The notes beneath the pieces are model-generated. The model made no database searches. It saw only the letters and a program-made list of their open reading frames with translations, and had not been told where the DNA came from. Position numbers and translations under genes: made by a program. DNA of 64,000 nucleotides, taken from positions 1-64,000 of IMG/VR virus record IMGVR_UViG_3300003690_000003. One strand, 5' to 3'. The DNA comes from a virus. Below are positions 53,930 to 63,703 of the stretch, one piece after another; the stretch's first letter is position 1, and each line of letters starts with the position of its first letter.

Positions 53930-54873
53930 TATTTTCTCCCAATCATTAGTATTTCTCGTGCCTTCTTGGCCTCATATAAAGTGTTGCCGTCTTCATCAAT
54001 GCCGACTTGCTTTCTACGGCCCGCTGTATATGTAACATCGAAGTATACAATATCATTCTTTCCTTTTCGGCTTTCGAAGAAGTCATCTTCTTCATCTTCA
54101 ACCACCCTATTAGATAGCATAACATAGGCACCAAGTTTTGTCGAGTCATTTAAAAATTTAATCACGCGCTCCTGCCATACATCATCAAAATCCACTCCAT
54201 ATTGTGTAAACGATCCGCGATAGGGAGGATCAAGAAAAACGTATGAGTTTTCCTTAATGTAGGGCATTAGTTTCCCAAAATCGCCTGATAATAGTATCGT
54301 CTTCCGCAAGGCTTTAGACCACTCTAAAACATTCTGTTTGTCATATACTTTTTTGTCATGATTTAACAGCCCAGAGGGAGTAGCATAACGATCTCCCGAC
54401 TCCTTCGTAGTCTGCCAAATGCCATTAAATCCTGTCTTCAAAAGAAAATATAATACCGCATCTTCCTCTGTATTGCTCCATTTTTTATGGTCATGTATAT
54501 ATTCATCTAAAAGATTATAATAAAACTTCTTTCTTTCCCCTCCGACAAGCTCTTTATCCGGCTTAAAAAAACGAGAGTACGCAACATGGTGTTCGTTGTT
54601 CAGTGGAAGATACTCGGCCTCCAGCTCATCTACTTTGGTTAGAAAATTATTACAGTCCCCCCGAATGGTCCTATATATATTCATAATGTACTTGTTGTAA
54701 TCGTTTAAGATAAAGGTGGCATTTTTATTTCTATTGTATACCCATACAAACATAGCGCCAGCACCCATAAAGGGTTCAACATAATGCTCGACTGTTCTGG
54801 GAAGAACATCTCTTACTTTATACTTCTTAATGAGGCGTGTCTTGCCGCCTGCCCACATGAACAAAGGTTTCAT
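53929..54873 (-). CDS. Dam-family (D12-class) DNA adenine methyltransferase
   Basis: WAGGK, EPFMGAG, ND, FNG, DPPY. Confidence 0.92.
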   Translation of the reverse strand: MKPLFMWAGGKTRLIKKYKVRDVLPRTVEHYVEPFMGAGAMFVWVYNRNKNATFILNDYNKYIMNIYRTIRGDCNNFLTKVDELEAEYLPLNNEHHVAYSRFFKPDKELVGGERKKFYYNLLDEYIHDHKKWSNTEEDAVLYFLLKTGFNGIWQTTKESGDRYATPSGLLNHDKKVYDKQNVLEWSKALRKTILLSGDFGKLMPYIKENSYVFLDPPYRGSFTQYGVDFDDVWQERVIKFLNDSTKLGAYVMLSNRVVEDEEDDFFESRKGKNDIVYFDVTYTAGRRKQVGIDEDGNTLYEAKKAREILMIGRK

Positions 54874-55511
54874 TACTTACGTAGGCCCGTGTCTAGAGTG
54901 CGCAACTTTTCCAATAGCTGCCTGCGCTGAGGTTCATCATCAATATCAATATCGTTTAGAAGTTGTCCCACAAGGGCCTTGATGGGCTTGTTGAGGTGGC
55001 AACGAAGCGCTTTACGAATATGTTCCACTACGTGTTGTTTAAAAGTGTCATCACACTGTACATTTTCGAGCACAGTCACACCAGCAAAGCGATTAGTATC
55101 AATAAACGGGCCGGTGGCACCCCCCGCATCCTTCTTCAGGAACCCAACACCGCCGCATGATATAAAAAGTTGCTCCGGCTCTACAAAAGTAAGATAATGA
55201 TCACCGCGCTGGCAAGCGTTGGCGCGGGCTGTCTGAAACTTATCTTCAAAAATCGCGATCAAGTGCCACTGGCCCGCTGGATCCTTCCACCAAAGAAATC
55301 CGCCATCAGCTCTATATTCCTGTGAGTTCCCTTTGGCAGTTCTTGAGTACGGGCACTTCCCGTCTGTGATCTGTTCAATTGAAAGAGATCCCGTCAGTTT
55401 GTACTCTGGCCCTAATTCTCTTACGGCGCTAACAATGATTTGTCTATGTCTTTCCTCTGATTCCTTAGACTTTGCGGTTGTAAACCCCTCTGTTCCCTTC
55501 GGCGCTGTCAT
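54873..55511 (-). CDS. putative Type II restriction endonuclease, EcoRI-like fold
   Basis: RADGGFLWWKDPAGQWHLIAIFEDKFQ...ANACQR resembles EcoRI PDGG...EAK...GNAIER; TAATG-coupled to the MTase. Confidence 0.6.
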   Translation of the reverse strand: MTAPKGTEGFTTAKSKESEERHRQIIVSAVRELGPEYKLTGSLSIEQITDGKCPYSRTAKGNSQEYRADGGFLWWKDPAGQWHLIAIFEDKFQTARANACQRGDHYLTFVEPEQLFISCGGVGFLKKDAGGATGPFIDTNRFAGVTVLENVQCDDTFKQHVVEHIRKALRCHLNKPIKALVGQLLNDIDIDDEPQRRQLLEKLRTLDTGLRK

Positions 55512-55528
55512 TTTTTTCCCTAAATATT

Positions 55529-56108
55529 TGAGGGCCCTATACCCCGGAGCCCCCCGCTGGGGGGATCCTTACCACTCTACTGAAAGGGTTCCGTTTTTGG
55601 TTGGAATGTTTACCTTCCACCCATTCACAACACTCGGGTGGTCTACAATCTGTGAGACGGCCACCTTCACCGTCGCCTTCACATCGCAACGGCCGCGTTT
55701 ATAGTCATAACGCTCGGTATTCGTTTCCAGCCAATCATAGTCATAGTGCGTAGTACGCAACACTTCGGCGAGATATTCCTGAAAAGTAAAATCGTACCCA
55801 TACTCGTCAAGCAAGCCGTCGTCGCGCATATCTTGCAAAATATCGGCCGTCCCGTGTGTGGTGGCTACGGTTACTCCGCTGGTGGCCAAAAGCCCTGCAA
55901 GAGTCTCAGCTGTTGTTGTCTCAAGAAGAGCATCATCAATGTAATCGTCTGTATAGTGAAATACGTCAGCACCATCTGTATGTATTAGTGTCGCAACGGC
56001 ATCCGGTGCCAGATCTACCGTCTTTAAAACTTCGTTTAAACTCATTTTATCTCTTTCGTATTTATGTGAGGCCCCTGTAACCCCGGGCCTCCCTGCGGGA
56101 GTGGAGGG
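55529..56108 (-). repeat. two copies of a GC-rich double-hairpin motif
   Basis: 55529-55568 and 56067-56108; stems GGGGGCTC/GGGCCCTC and GAGGCCC/GGGCCTC with shared loop GGGGT(T)AYAG. Confidence 0.55.
55569..56045 (-). CDS. hypothetical protein
   Basis: 158 aa, YDYKRGRC. Confidence 0.6.
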   Translation of the reverse strand: MSLNEVLKTVDLAPDAVATLIHTDGADVFHYTDDYIDDALLETTTAETLAGLLATSGVTVATTHGTADILQDMRDDGLLDEYGYDFTFQEYLAEVLRTTHYDYDWLETNTERYDYKRGRCDVKATVKVAVSQIVDHPSVVNGWKVNIPTKNGTLSVEW

Positions 56109-56113
56109 CTAGG

Positions 56114-56896
56114 CTATAGAGCGCCCAGCTCAGCAAATGCAGCGTCTACCGCATTAGGCTCTTCATCAGTGGTCGTAGAGGTGCCACCAAACTTTTGGGT
56201 CTCGGATGAAACCGCCTCGGGGTCCGCTACACCCGCGTTTACAAAGGTGTCAAGCAGCGCGCCCACTTCTTCAGCAGTCTTGCGCTCGAACAAGTCTTCC
56301 AGTTCTGGAATACTCTCAAGCAGTTCCGAACACTTCTCCGGCGTCATATCCTCACATAACTCGGTGCTACGTCGACGAGGTACAAGCTTTGTCTGCGGGA
56401 ACGAAGCACCTACGGGCTTTCCATAAGTCATGGTAAGATCGGTGCCGGTCTCAGGATCGGTGATATCACCATACTCTGGATTAAGCACGAGACTGAGAAG
56501 ATTCTCATATGCCATCTTGCCATACCCCCAGATACGTACACCCTTATCTTCTTCGCCACGTACGAACACCGGCGAGAAGAAGCGCGGCCGAACGAATAGG
56601 CTCTTAGCCACCTTCTTACTTTCATCATCATTGTTGTCTACACCATCGCGCCAAAGCTGCGAAGCAAACTCACACACGGGGCATTCCTCCGCATAGTTAC
56701 GCTTGGGACATAAAAATCCCGGAGTATTTCCGAGGTTATAATGGAACCACTTCTCCTTGAAGGGATCTCCATCGGGAGTCGGAACAATACGAATGTCCTG
56801 GTTCCCATCTTCGGGACGCCAAAAGTTGTCCCTATCGCCGCCTTGTCCTTTGAGAGTGGCTAGCTTTGCTCTCATTTTTTCTAAATCGATACCCAT
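56114..56896 (-). CDS. single-stranded DNA-binding protein (T4 gp32-like)
   Basis: FWRP, IRIVP, HY...CP...CPVCE, YGDITDPETG, acidic tail ending AAFAEL. Confidence 0.85.
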   Translation of the reverse strand: MGIDLEKMRAKLATLKGQGGDRDNFWRPEDGNQDIRIVPTPDGDPFKEKWFHYNLGNTPGFLCPKRNYAEECPVCEFASQLWRDGVDNNDDESKKVAKSLFVRPRFFSPVFVRGEEDKGVRIWGYGKMAYENLLSLVLNPEYGDITDPETGTDLTMTYGKPVGASFPQTKLVPRRRSTELCEDMTPEKCSELLESIPELEDLFERKTAEEVGALLDTFVNAGVADPEAVSSETQKFGGTSTTTDEEPNAVDAAFAELGAL

Positions 56897-56927
56897 TTTA
56901 TTTTCCTTTCACTGGGTTAGAGTACGA

Positions 56928-57785
56928 TCAGCCAATATCCTGATCGTCTAGTTCATCTATATATGATTGTACCACAGAACTATATTTAACGCAATAACAA
57001 TATTTCTGTTCGTAGTTCGTTTTGTATACTCCGTAGGACACATTAATCTTTTCTTCTACTTTGTCTTTGACATATTCTTTAATTTTGTTAAAGAGTGTTC
57101 CATCTGTCTTCAAATCATTCTCATTGATACCATAATAGTATACCACGTCCCTCAGCATTTGCAAGTCATAAAACCATTTTTCTTCATTTTTTTCTACATC
57201 CACCACTCCTAGTGTAGATATCCTAGCAATCTCATGAGGTTCTGTAAATGTCCCCAAAATTGGTTCGGAGTTTTTAAAAACGTTTACCATGTGTAACGTG
57301 TTTACAACTGCCTGATTTATAGTATCATAATAGCTTATGATCGGAATGTCTCCGATGCTTTTTTCTATCTGTCCGTTGGAAACCAGGTAGATTCTTTCAA
57401 ACATTCCTGATCTAGCGTACTCTTGAAAAACGTTCTTCACGATCCTCTCCTGTACCGCTTCAGTTTCACTTAGAAGCGAGACATCCGGCTCTATGTACAG
57501 AACGGTTACAGAAACGTCTGAGAGTTGCTCTAAGAGCCTCAGAGCGGCGCCTGTGATGCTCCCCGCGCCACATAGGACGAAGATAACATCCCCGGAGATC
57601 TGTTGCAAGTCTTTTTTGAAGTTTGGGAACTTTTTTTCGTACTCTTCATGAGATTTCTGCTTTGGAATATCGAAACAGTTTTCTCCGACAAGCCCGGTAT
57701 CAAACTTATAGATTTTGTACTGAGGAAACTTCGAAAAGCAGTCCGCAATTGCGCAACCGGCTTTCCCTAAGCCAATAATGTTCAT
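56928..57785 (-). CDS. divergent tubulin/FtsZ-like protein
   Basis: IIGLGKAGCAIAD (T1 loop); CGAGSITG at the T4-loop position; LVSN; IN. Confidence 0.65.
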   Translation of the reverse strand: MNIIGLGKAGCAIADCFSKFPQYKIYKFDTGLVGENCFDIPKQKSHEEYEKKFPNFKKDLQQISGDVIFVLCGAGSITGAALRLLEQLSDVSVTVLYIEPDVSLLSETEAVQERIVKNVFQEYARSGMFERIYLVSNGQIEKSIGDIPIISYYDTINQAVVNTLHMVNVFKNSEPILGTFTEPHEIARISTLGVVDVEKNEEKWFYDLQMLRDVVYYYGINENDLKTDGTLFNKIKEYVKDKVEEKINVSYGVYKTNYEQKYCYCVKYSSVVQSYIDELDDQDIG

Positions 57786-58972
57786 TATAGGTTTAAATCC
57801 TTCATATCTCCGAAGTTTTTACCGAGAGTTGTGTTTACCTTGTAATCACCGAAAGGAGTCGTACCAAAAATCTTTATTAGCTCTGGAATAATCTGACGCT
57901 CTCCGTGTTTTAAATCTATAACAATCGAATCGTGCATCATAAAAGCTATGTTGCTTTCTTTCTCTTGTAAGCTATTGTGAATCTCAACTGCTTTACTCAA
58001 AACCAAATCGCTCGTTGTGCTCTGTATAATATAGTTCAAAGCGTGATGGTTGTCAACCCCTTTTATGTCTCTCCCAAACTCTGTGTGTATATCATGACCG
58101 TTCCAGTACTTTTCTTTAACGAGGCTTTTATCGTAAAAGGTCTCAGCTTTCTTATTCTTTCGATGAGAATACAGCCACTCAAAAATCTTCTGCTTTGCCT
58201 GCGGTCGGTCAAGCTTGCCGCCATAAATGTTCTGAATATTCCACTCGTGAATATCGTCCTCGGGCTGTGGTGTTCCCGAGAGGCCCAACAGTGTCCTTAC
58301 TTCGGCCGCGTTATAATCCAACTCCAAAAACCAATCATTTTGAGGATGAAGACATCCACGAAAGTCTCTATGCAGAGTCAAAATAGGAAATGTCTTCGGC
58401 ATCGTTGTGAGTCTTCCTGTCACAGTCCCGAATGGATTATAATCGCATATCCAATCAACTTCTTGAAGTTTCTTGGCAAAGTTTTTTCCTTTCACCGACA
58501 CCAATTTTGTCATGATGGGTTCCGTATCTATATTCAAGGGTTGTTCTTTAAGATCCCCAAGCATTTTAATAACATCCACCATAAAATCATGATTAAGGGG
58601 CCGCTTGTGACTCATTAAAATATGCTTTGTAATCTCATTCTTGGCATCACAAAGTTCATAGAGGAAAAACTCTGGGATCAAATTATAGATACAAGTCTCA
58701 TTTAAATTAATCTTGGCTATTTGAAATGACTTGAGGAAGGCATGCAGCCGTTTGGTAATGCTATCCCATACAGGCTTGAGTTCTGGCGGGCAGGCTTCGG
58801 CTAATGTGAGACCCCCGTTATAAATGCGTGCGTATTCTACGTGGCGCTCCTTTAAAGAAGGAGAGTAGTACCATGTCTTGTCGGCAGTTTGCGGGAGATC
58901 TTGATAATAAAGTTCATTATCAGCGTAATATCCTAAACACTCGCCTTTGCTATCCAGCGTTTGAAAATACAA
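57785..58972 (-). CDS. stand-alone family A DNA polymerase domain
   Basis: TVTGRL, motif A LDYNAAEVR, motif B AKQKIFEWLY, ALNYIIQS, motif C MHDS. Confidence 0.85.
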   Translation of the reverse strand: MYFQTLDSKGECLGYYADNELYYQDLPQTADKTWYYSPSLKERHVEYARIYNGGLTLAEACPPELKPVWDSITKRLHAFLKSFQIAKINLNETCIYNLIPEFFLYELCDAKNEITKHILMSHKRPLNHDFMVDVIKMLGDLKEQPLNIDTEPIMTKLVSVKGKNFAKKLQEVDWICDYNPFGTVTGRLTTMPKTFPILTLHRDFRGCLHPQNDWFLELDYNAAEVRTLLGLSGTPQPEDDIHEWNIQNIYGGKLDRPQAKQKIFEWLYSHRKNKKAETFYDKSLVKEKYWNGHDIHTEFGRDIKGVDNHHALNYIIQSTTSDLVLSKAVEIHNSLQEKESNIAFMMHDSIVIDLKHGERQIIPELIKIFGTTPFGDYKVNTTLGKNFGDMKDLNL

Positions 58973-58980
58973 GTGGCCTC

Positions 58981-60444
58981 CTAATAGACGCCCCCCCCGT
59001 TGACCCCCCTGGGGCCCACATGTGTCGGAGCAGTTCTAGCATTCTCTACACTTCCTATCTTAACAGGTCCCTTTTCCTTTGTCAAGACTTTTTTGCCCAC
59101 TTGTAAGTTATATAAATAAGGTTTAATTAAATTATTAATATAACGCATGGCTGTTTCTTCATTATAAGTTTTGTATATAGTGTTAATCATTTGGATCTTT
59201 TGATTATAATCAGTAAATGTTACATTAGCCTCGCGTGTGCGAATATTAAAATATGTATGAAGCCAAAACAAACTGCCAAGTCCGTGCACCGCGTCCTTTG
59301 AAATCGTATTTCTCATTCTTACTTCGTAAGATGGGCGATTGGGGCATTTCACAGTAGATGTCGTCTGGATAGTCGCGCGCGGGTAATCTTGTGCAAACTG
59401 ATTATACATTTTCAATAAAGCATCCTTTAGAAGTAGCAAATCTTTCTTATAGGTTTTCTGATAATAAGTATTAAAAAACTGTTGGCGCGAAGGAGCATCA
59501 AAATATCCTCCAATTTGTTCACAAGTAGGACTAAAGGTTTTCGTCATGTACGCAAGCATAGGCTCCGATAAGGGATCGGCGGTTATCTTCCATGGGCCGT
59601 TTCTATCCACATAAAACCCATACTTTCTGGCAGCTTTTACAAAATAGTCAAAGTTAGGATCGAGTATATAGTTCTCGAACTTAGGAGAATCTTTGGCATA
59701 ATCCGGATTCTTCTTTAACTCTAGAGAAAGGCCCGAGATCATAGGAGAAGAATAGTTTGATACCACGTATCCTGTCAAAGTGATAGGCCAATCGTTAAGT
59801 TTTGTTCCCATATAGTTGGATAGCTCTTTGACAAAAGAGGGAAAATCCAATACTCTATTAGAAATACTTTTACTAGATCGAATCCAGTTCGTGAACCGCG
59901 TGCCATAAGCCCGATTAAAACCTCGGAAAGAGTTGTCATAGTTTTCGAAACCGCGCACAGGTTCTAACTTATAGTATACGCTATTAAACTTATTTATCAG
60001 GTCAGCATCGCCAGCGCGCTGGAGGTGTTCCTTCAAATCTTTAAATGCATCTGCCACAAAATTAAACACAAATACATTACCAGCTGAACTCTTAACTTGT
60101 TTGAGAGTGTTTTGCCCATTAGGTTCGTAAGTAGTTAGGGGGCCGGTGGGCTGCAGAATACCGGACGAGTCCGGGTCGAATGTCATGCCCACCTGGCGAT
60201 GGGCCCATTCGGCGGGTCCGACGGGATTAACCACAATCCCATTCTGAATAGGGTCAACCCTCCCATAATAATAAGATGTATACCATGAACGAAGAGGATG
60301 AGGCGTATCTAAAAAGAGTGGTAAATCCTTATATTTTTTACGCTCATAAAAAGCGTCTTTGGCTGATAGCTCGTTACTCCCACGAAGGTTCATGGCCTCC
60401 GTCGGTGAGTAAGGAATGGTTCCTGTTAGTTCTGACTGATGCAT
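58981..60444 (-). CDS. hypothetical (likely virion-associated) protein
   Basis: 487 aa, YGF-VDRNGPW motif, next to tail-like genes. Confidence 0.6.
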   Translation of the reverse strand: MHQSELTGTIPYSPTEAMNLRGSNELSAKDAFYERKKYKDLPLFLDTPHPLRSWYTSYYYGRVDPIQNGIVVNPVGPAEWAHRQVGMTFDPDSSGILQPTGPLTTYEPNGQNTLKQVKSSAGNVFVFNFVADAFKDLKEHLQRAGDADLINKFNSVYYKLEPVRGFENYDNSFRGFNRAYGTRFTNWIRSSKSISNRVLDFPSFVKELSNYMGTKLNDWPITLTGYVVSNYSSPMISGLSLELKKNPDYAKDSPKFENYILDPNFDYFVKAARKYGFYVDRNGPWKITADPLSEPMLAYMTKTFSPTCEQIGGYFDAPSRQQFFNTYYQKTYKKDLLLLKDALLKMYNQFAQDYPRATIQTTSTVKCPNRPSYEVRMRNTISKDAVHGLGSLFWLHTYFNIRTREANVTFTDYNQKIQMINTIYKTYNEETAMRYINNLIKPYLYNLQVGKKVLTKEKGPVKIGSVENARTAPTHVGPRGVNGGGVY

Positions 60445-60447
60445 GGC

Positions 60448-63336
60448 TTAAGTATTAACTAGGTTCTTGCCGGGGTCAATGTATGGCATCGCTTGATGAA
60501 GCGCTTTGACGATCGTTTCATATCCCTTCTGAGAAATAGTATTTTCTACAGATGTTACCAAATGGTATCCTCCTATTCCTAAATAGCGCGCTGGTGAGTT
60601 TCTGTTTTTAGGGGTGCCAAAACCTATCGGGGCGGGGGAAACATAAATATATTGTCCGGGCTTTATGAGCGGTGCCCCATATAGCTTAAGCGTAACACTG
60701 TAGAGTTCTCTCAGTTGCTCGGCTCCTGCCACCCTATCTCGATTTATTCTAGCCTCGCGCAGGTAGGGAGCGTCAGTACGTTGAAAAGTGGCCGTTTTAA
60801 GAAGACCCCTATCGGCACCCACGATGAAATGATATATTCCCTTTTCTCGATCGCTGTCCTCATCACCCAACTCGAACTCCATCATTCCAGGATCTGTCAT
60901 CAAAAGTATTTTAAAGTTTCTATGAATATTCTTGGCGGCGGGTTTATCAAGGTGCCTCGTCCCCTGCTTTCCTATAGATATCGACAAAGGAAGTGCGCGG
61001 CGCGCTACAAGACCGCTAGTAAATACAGAGTTAGTAAGGGGGGGGACCCCATCACTATATAATGCCTTCGCAAAGACGCCATCTCTGTCGGCCAAAATGT
61101 CTAGTTGTGTAAAGTGGTATTGTCTTTGAGGCATGCCATAGAAACACTTGGCGGATAGCATAGGCATCACTAAGTCTCGGAGAACGTCTGCGATAAAGTG
61201 GTTAAAATAATAACGCGGCTTTTTCGGTTTAACAACCTTCTTTATATACCAATTCACAAAAGACTCATATTGAATGGGAATGGAGGCAATATTAATGGTT
61301 TTAAAAAGCCGCTGTTTATCTTGTCTAGAAAAGGAGAGTTCCCGAAATTTCAACTTCTTAAAAAATTGTTCTGGATTCCTAGATTGTGTGCGCGTTCCGG
61401 CCTCCGGATCAGCCGGTTTAAACGCGGTCGCTGCATCATAAAAAACTTTTACATTCATAAATTCCAAGTCTGTTGTGACCAGACCCATACGTTGCATATC
61501 TATTTCTTTCTTGACTCCACCCTTATTTCCCTCCTCAATCACCCCTTCTATGAGATCTCCTAAAAGAAAGAAGGTAACAGGTATTTTGTCCTTCCCCAGA
61601 TTAGGATCCTCCATGGGATTGGGCTGTTGGTCTCCACTTGTATTGGGTCTTACCCCTTCGGCGGCCCCGTGGGCCGTGAAGCGCGACCAGGGCGTCCCCG
61701 GGGTGCGCGGGGATCCCATCCCCGCCATTGAGATTCCCAAAGCATCCTTACTGTCCGGATCGTTTTCCAACGCCTCTTCCAATCGCTTCCGATAAAGACC
61801 ATGTTCGGTTTGAATACTAACAAGATCCGCATGGTGTACCACCTCCCCATTATACCCAAAAAAACCATCCTGGCGGAGTCCTTCATAGTATGTGGTTCTG
61901 CCAAACATATACTGAAAAAAAGGCTCACTCCCGGTGGCGCCCCCAGCTAAATGAGCCTCCGACACAGGAGAGTCCGTAGTATGTGCAGCCTGGGCTCGTT
62001 CGGTCATCTGTCTATAATCCTCAATAGACATTTCGGCGGGAGCACCCGTGCCTGGCGCCTGTGAAAAGGCGCGGAGTTGAAGAGGTTTGGCAAAAACATC
62101 CAAGAGATGGTTACGGGAGATAAGATAGGTAAATATTCGACTGTACCTTTCTTCCAAATAGTCGTTTAACAACTTCTGAGCAGCCTCGACCTGCTGGTTG
62201 GCGTCGTCGAATGGCGCGCGTTGCGCAGCAGTGGGGCGGGGGGGGGACTGACCTAAACTTTCCCTTGATTTTTCAAGTTTTGCTAGGTTCGTAATAAGAT
62301 CTAGATCCTCTGGAATTCCCAAAATATCAAATCTATTTTCTAAACTCCCATACCGCGCACGATAGTCAATTACCAGATCGGCAGACCCATCCTGATTGAA
62401 GTTAAATCGATGCTGTGTCAGCTGCAAATAGAGAGGAGTACGCGTGTCTCTGATAACATCCATTTCCTTAGAAGTAAAAAAACTTCCGTGGTTGGGAGGA
62501 ACTTGCCATCCTACTTCGGCTTTAATTTCAAAAAAGGCGCCATCGTAATGCAGGTAACTGGGAACTGTCTCTGTATCTTGTGCGTTGCCGCTTTCCGCAT
62601 CTCCCGTTGTGGCGAGGGCCTTATGCGGGGCATAAATGATTAAATCTAAAAAGCTACTCCCTCCGGGGCGGCCGGCTTTATATACCGAATGCCGCGTATT
62701 ATCCGTAAACAAAGCCGATACATCGTTAAAATGAACTGTGAGTTGAGCCTCAATATTTTTATCAACATCCGCAGGATTAACTCCCTTTAAAGACCACTTA
62801 AAACTTTTAATACCTGTTCCTGCCAACCTTCCTTGGTGACGTTCAAACATTCTTTCTAAGGTTTGCTCGCTCACAAAGTCATCAAAAATGATCTCTTTGT
62901 CCTTCGCCAGATTAAGATTGGGACGCCGAAATCCCTCGTCGTCGGGCGGAAGGGACTCGTACTCTACCTTGTAGATTCGAAGACACGGCACAAGCATGGC
63001 CATCTTGTCTGTGGTCAGGTCAAGCATCCGAATTGCTTCCCTAGGTTGTACCAGTTTGGAAAACGTTTTCGGAGCTGTATAAGCAGTATCGCTTAAGAGG
63101 GGTGCCACATAGTTATAACCACTAGCCTGCGACGTGCTGTGGGGGTCAGTTTCAGTGTCGTTGCGGAGTCGTTCAATAAAAAGCCCAAGCTTCTCTTCCG
63201 CTTTGGGAGCAATGTCAAACATATTCTGAATTAAAAAGCACTGAGCATTAAAGGTAATAGATTCGGCGAGTGAATCGCCCACAATTGTTTGACCACTGGT
63301 CTCAAGAGTTTCGCGATAATCTTTCTGGACGGCCAT
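60448..63336 (-). CDS. putative tail/baseplate hub protein
   Basis: 962 aa; C-terminal LYGAPLIKPGQYIYV...GGYHLVTSVENTIS typical of hub proteins. Confidence 0.55.
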   Translation of the reverse strand: MAVQKDYRETLETSGQTIVGDSLAESITFNAQCFLIQNMFDIAPKAEEKLGLFIERLRNDTETDPHSTSQASGYNYVAPLLSDTAYTAPKTFSKLVQPREAIRMLDLTTDKMAMLVPCLRIYKVEYESLPPDDEGFRRPNLNLAKDKEIIFDDFVSEQTLERMFERHQGRLAGTGIKSFKWSLKGVNPADVDKNIEAQLTVHFNDVSALFTDNTRHSVYKAGRPGGSSFLDLIIYAPHKALATTGDAESGNAQDTETVPSYLHYDGAFFEIKAEVGWQVPPNHGSFFTSKEMDVIRDTRTPLYLQLTQHRFNFNQDGSADLVIDYRARYGSLENRFDILGIPEDLDLITNLAKLEKSRESLGQSPPRPTAAQRAPFDDANQQVEAAQKLLNDYLEERYSRIFTYLISRNHLLDVFAKPLQLRAFSQAPGTGAPAEMSIEDYRQMTERAQAAHTTDSPVSEAHLAGGATGSEPFFQYMFGRTTYYEGLRQDGFFGYNGEVVHHADLVSIQTEHGLYRKRLEEALENDPDSKDALGISMAGMGSPRTPGTPWSRFTAHGAAEGVRPNTSGDQQPNPMEDPNLGKDKIPVTFFLLGDLIEGVIEEGNKGGVKKEIDMQRMGLVTTDLEFMNVKVFYDAATAFKPADPEAGTRTQSRNPEQFFKKLKFRELSFSRQDKQRLFKTINIASIPIQYESFVNWYIKKVVKPKKPRYYFNHFIADVLRDLVMPMLSAKCFYGMPQRQYHFTQLDILADRDGVFAKALYSDGVPPLTNSVFTSGLVARRALPLSISIGKQGTRHLDKPAAKNIHRNFKILLMTDPGMMEFELGDEDSDREKGIYHFIVGADRGLLKTATFQRTDAPYLREARINRDRVAGAEQLRELYSVTLKLYGAPLIKPGQYIYVSPAPIGFGTPKNRNSPARYLGIGGYHLVTSVENTISQKGYETIVKALHQAMPYIDPGKNLVNT

Positions 63337-63339
63337 TCT

Positions 63340-63678
63340 TTATTCCCTATAATATTCTAACATAGTTTCGAGGGGCATTGGAATATAAACCATTTCTCCT
63401 AGTTTAAAATGAGCGTCTGTGGGTTTGGAATTAAATCTTGCTATTACCCACCACAATTTTGGATCACCGTAGTGTTCAGCGGCCAATTTATAAAGGCGAT
63501 CGCCGACCGTCCAAACTTTTTGTAGTTTAGTTATACGCATACGTTCTGCCTGAGTTACCTTATTAAATACAGGAGTGACGTACTGAACAATGCTAGTAAG
63601 TCCACGCTCTTCTAATATATTAAAATAGATCTCGTCAGTATTTCTAAAGATGCGTCGGTTATCGTATCGTGATGGCAT
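63340..63678 (-). CDS. LysM/tail-X-like baseplate wedge protein
   Basis: GDRLYKLAAEHYGDPKLWWVIARFN...VYIP. Confidence 0.8.
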   Translation of the reverse strand: MPSRYDNRRIFRNTDEIYFNILEERGLTSIVQYVTPVFNKVTQAERMRITKLQKVWTVGDRLYKLAAEHYGDPKLWWVIARFNSKPTDAHFKLGEMVYIPMPLETMLEYYRE

Positions 63679-63703
63679 TCATGCTCTCCCTTATACTATT
63701 CTA

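Noticed and set aside
56928-57785. Evidence for a nucleus-forming phage
   Set aside because: A tubulin-like gene alone is insufficient; no chimallin or multisubunit phage RNAP is recognisable here, and the sigma70-type promoters imply use of host RNAP.
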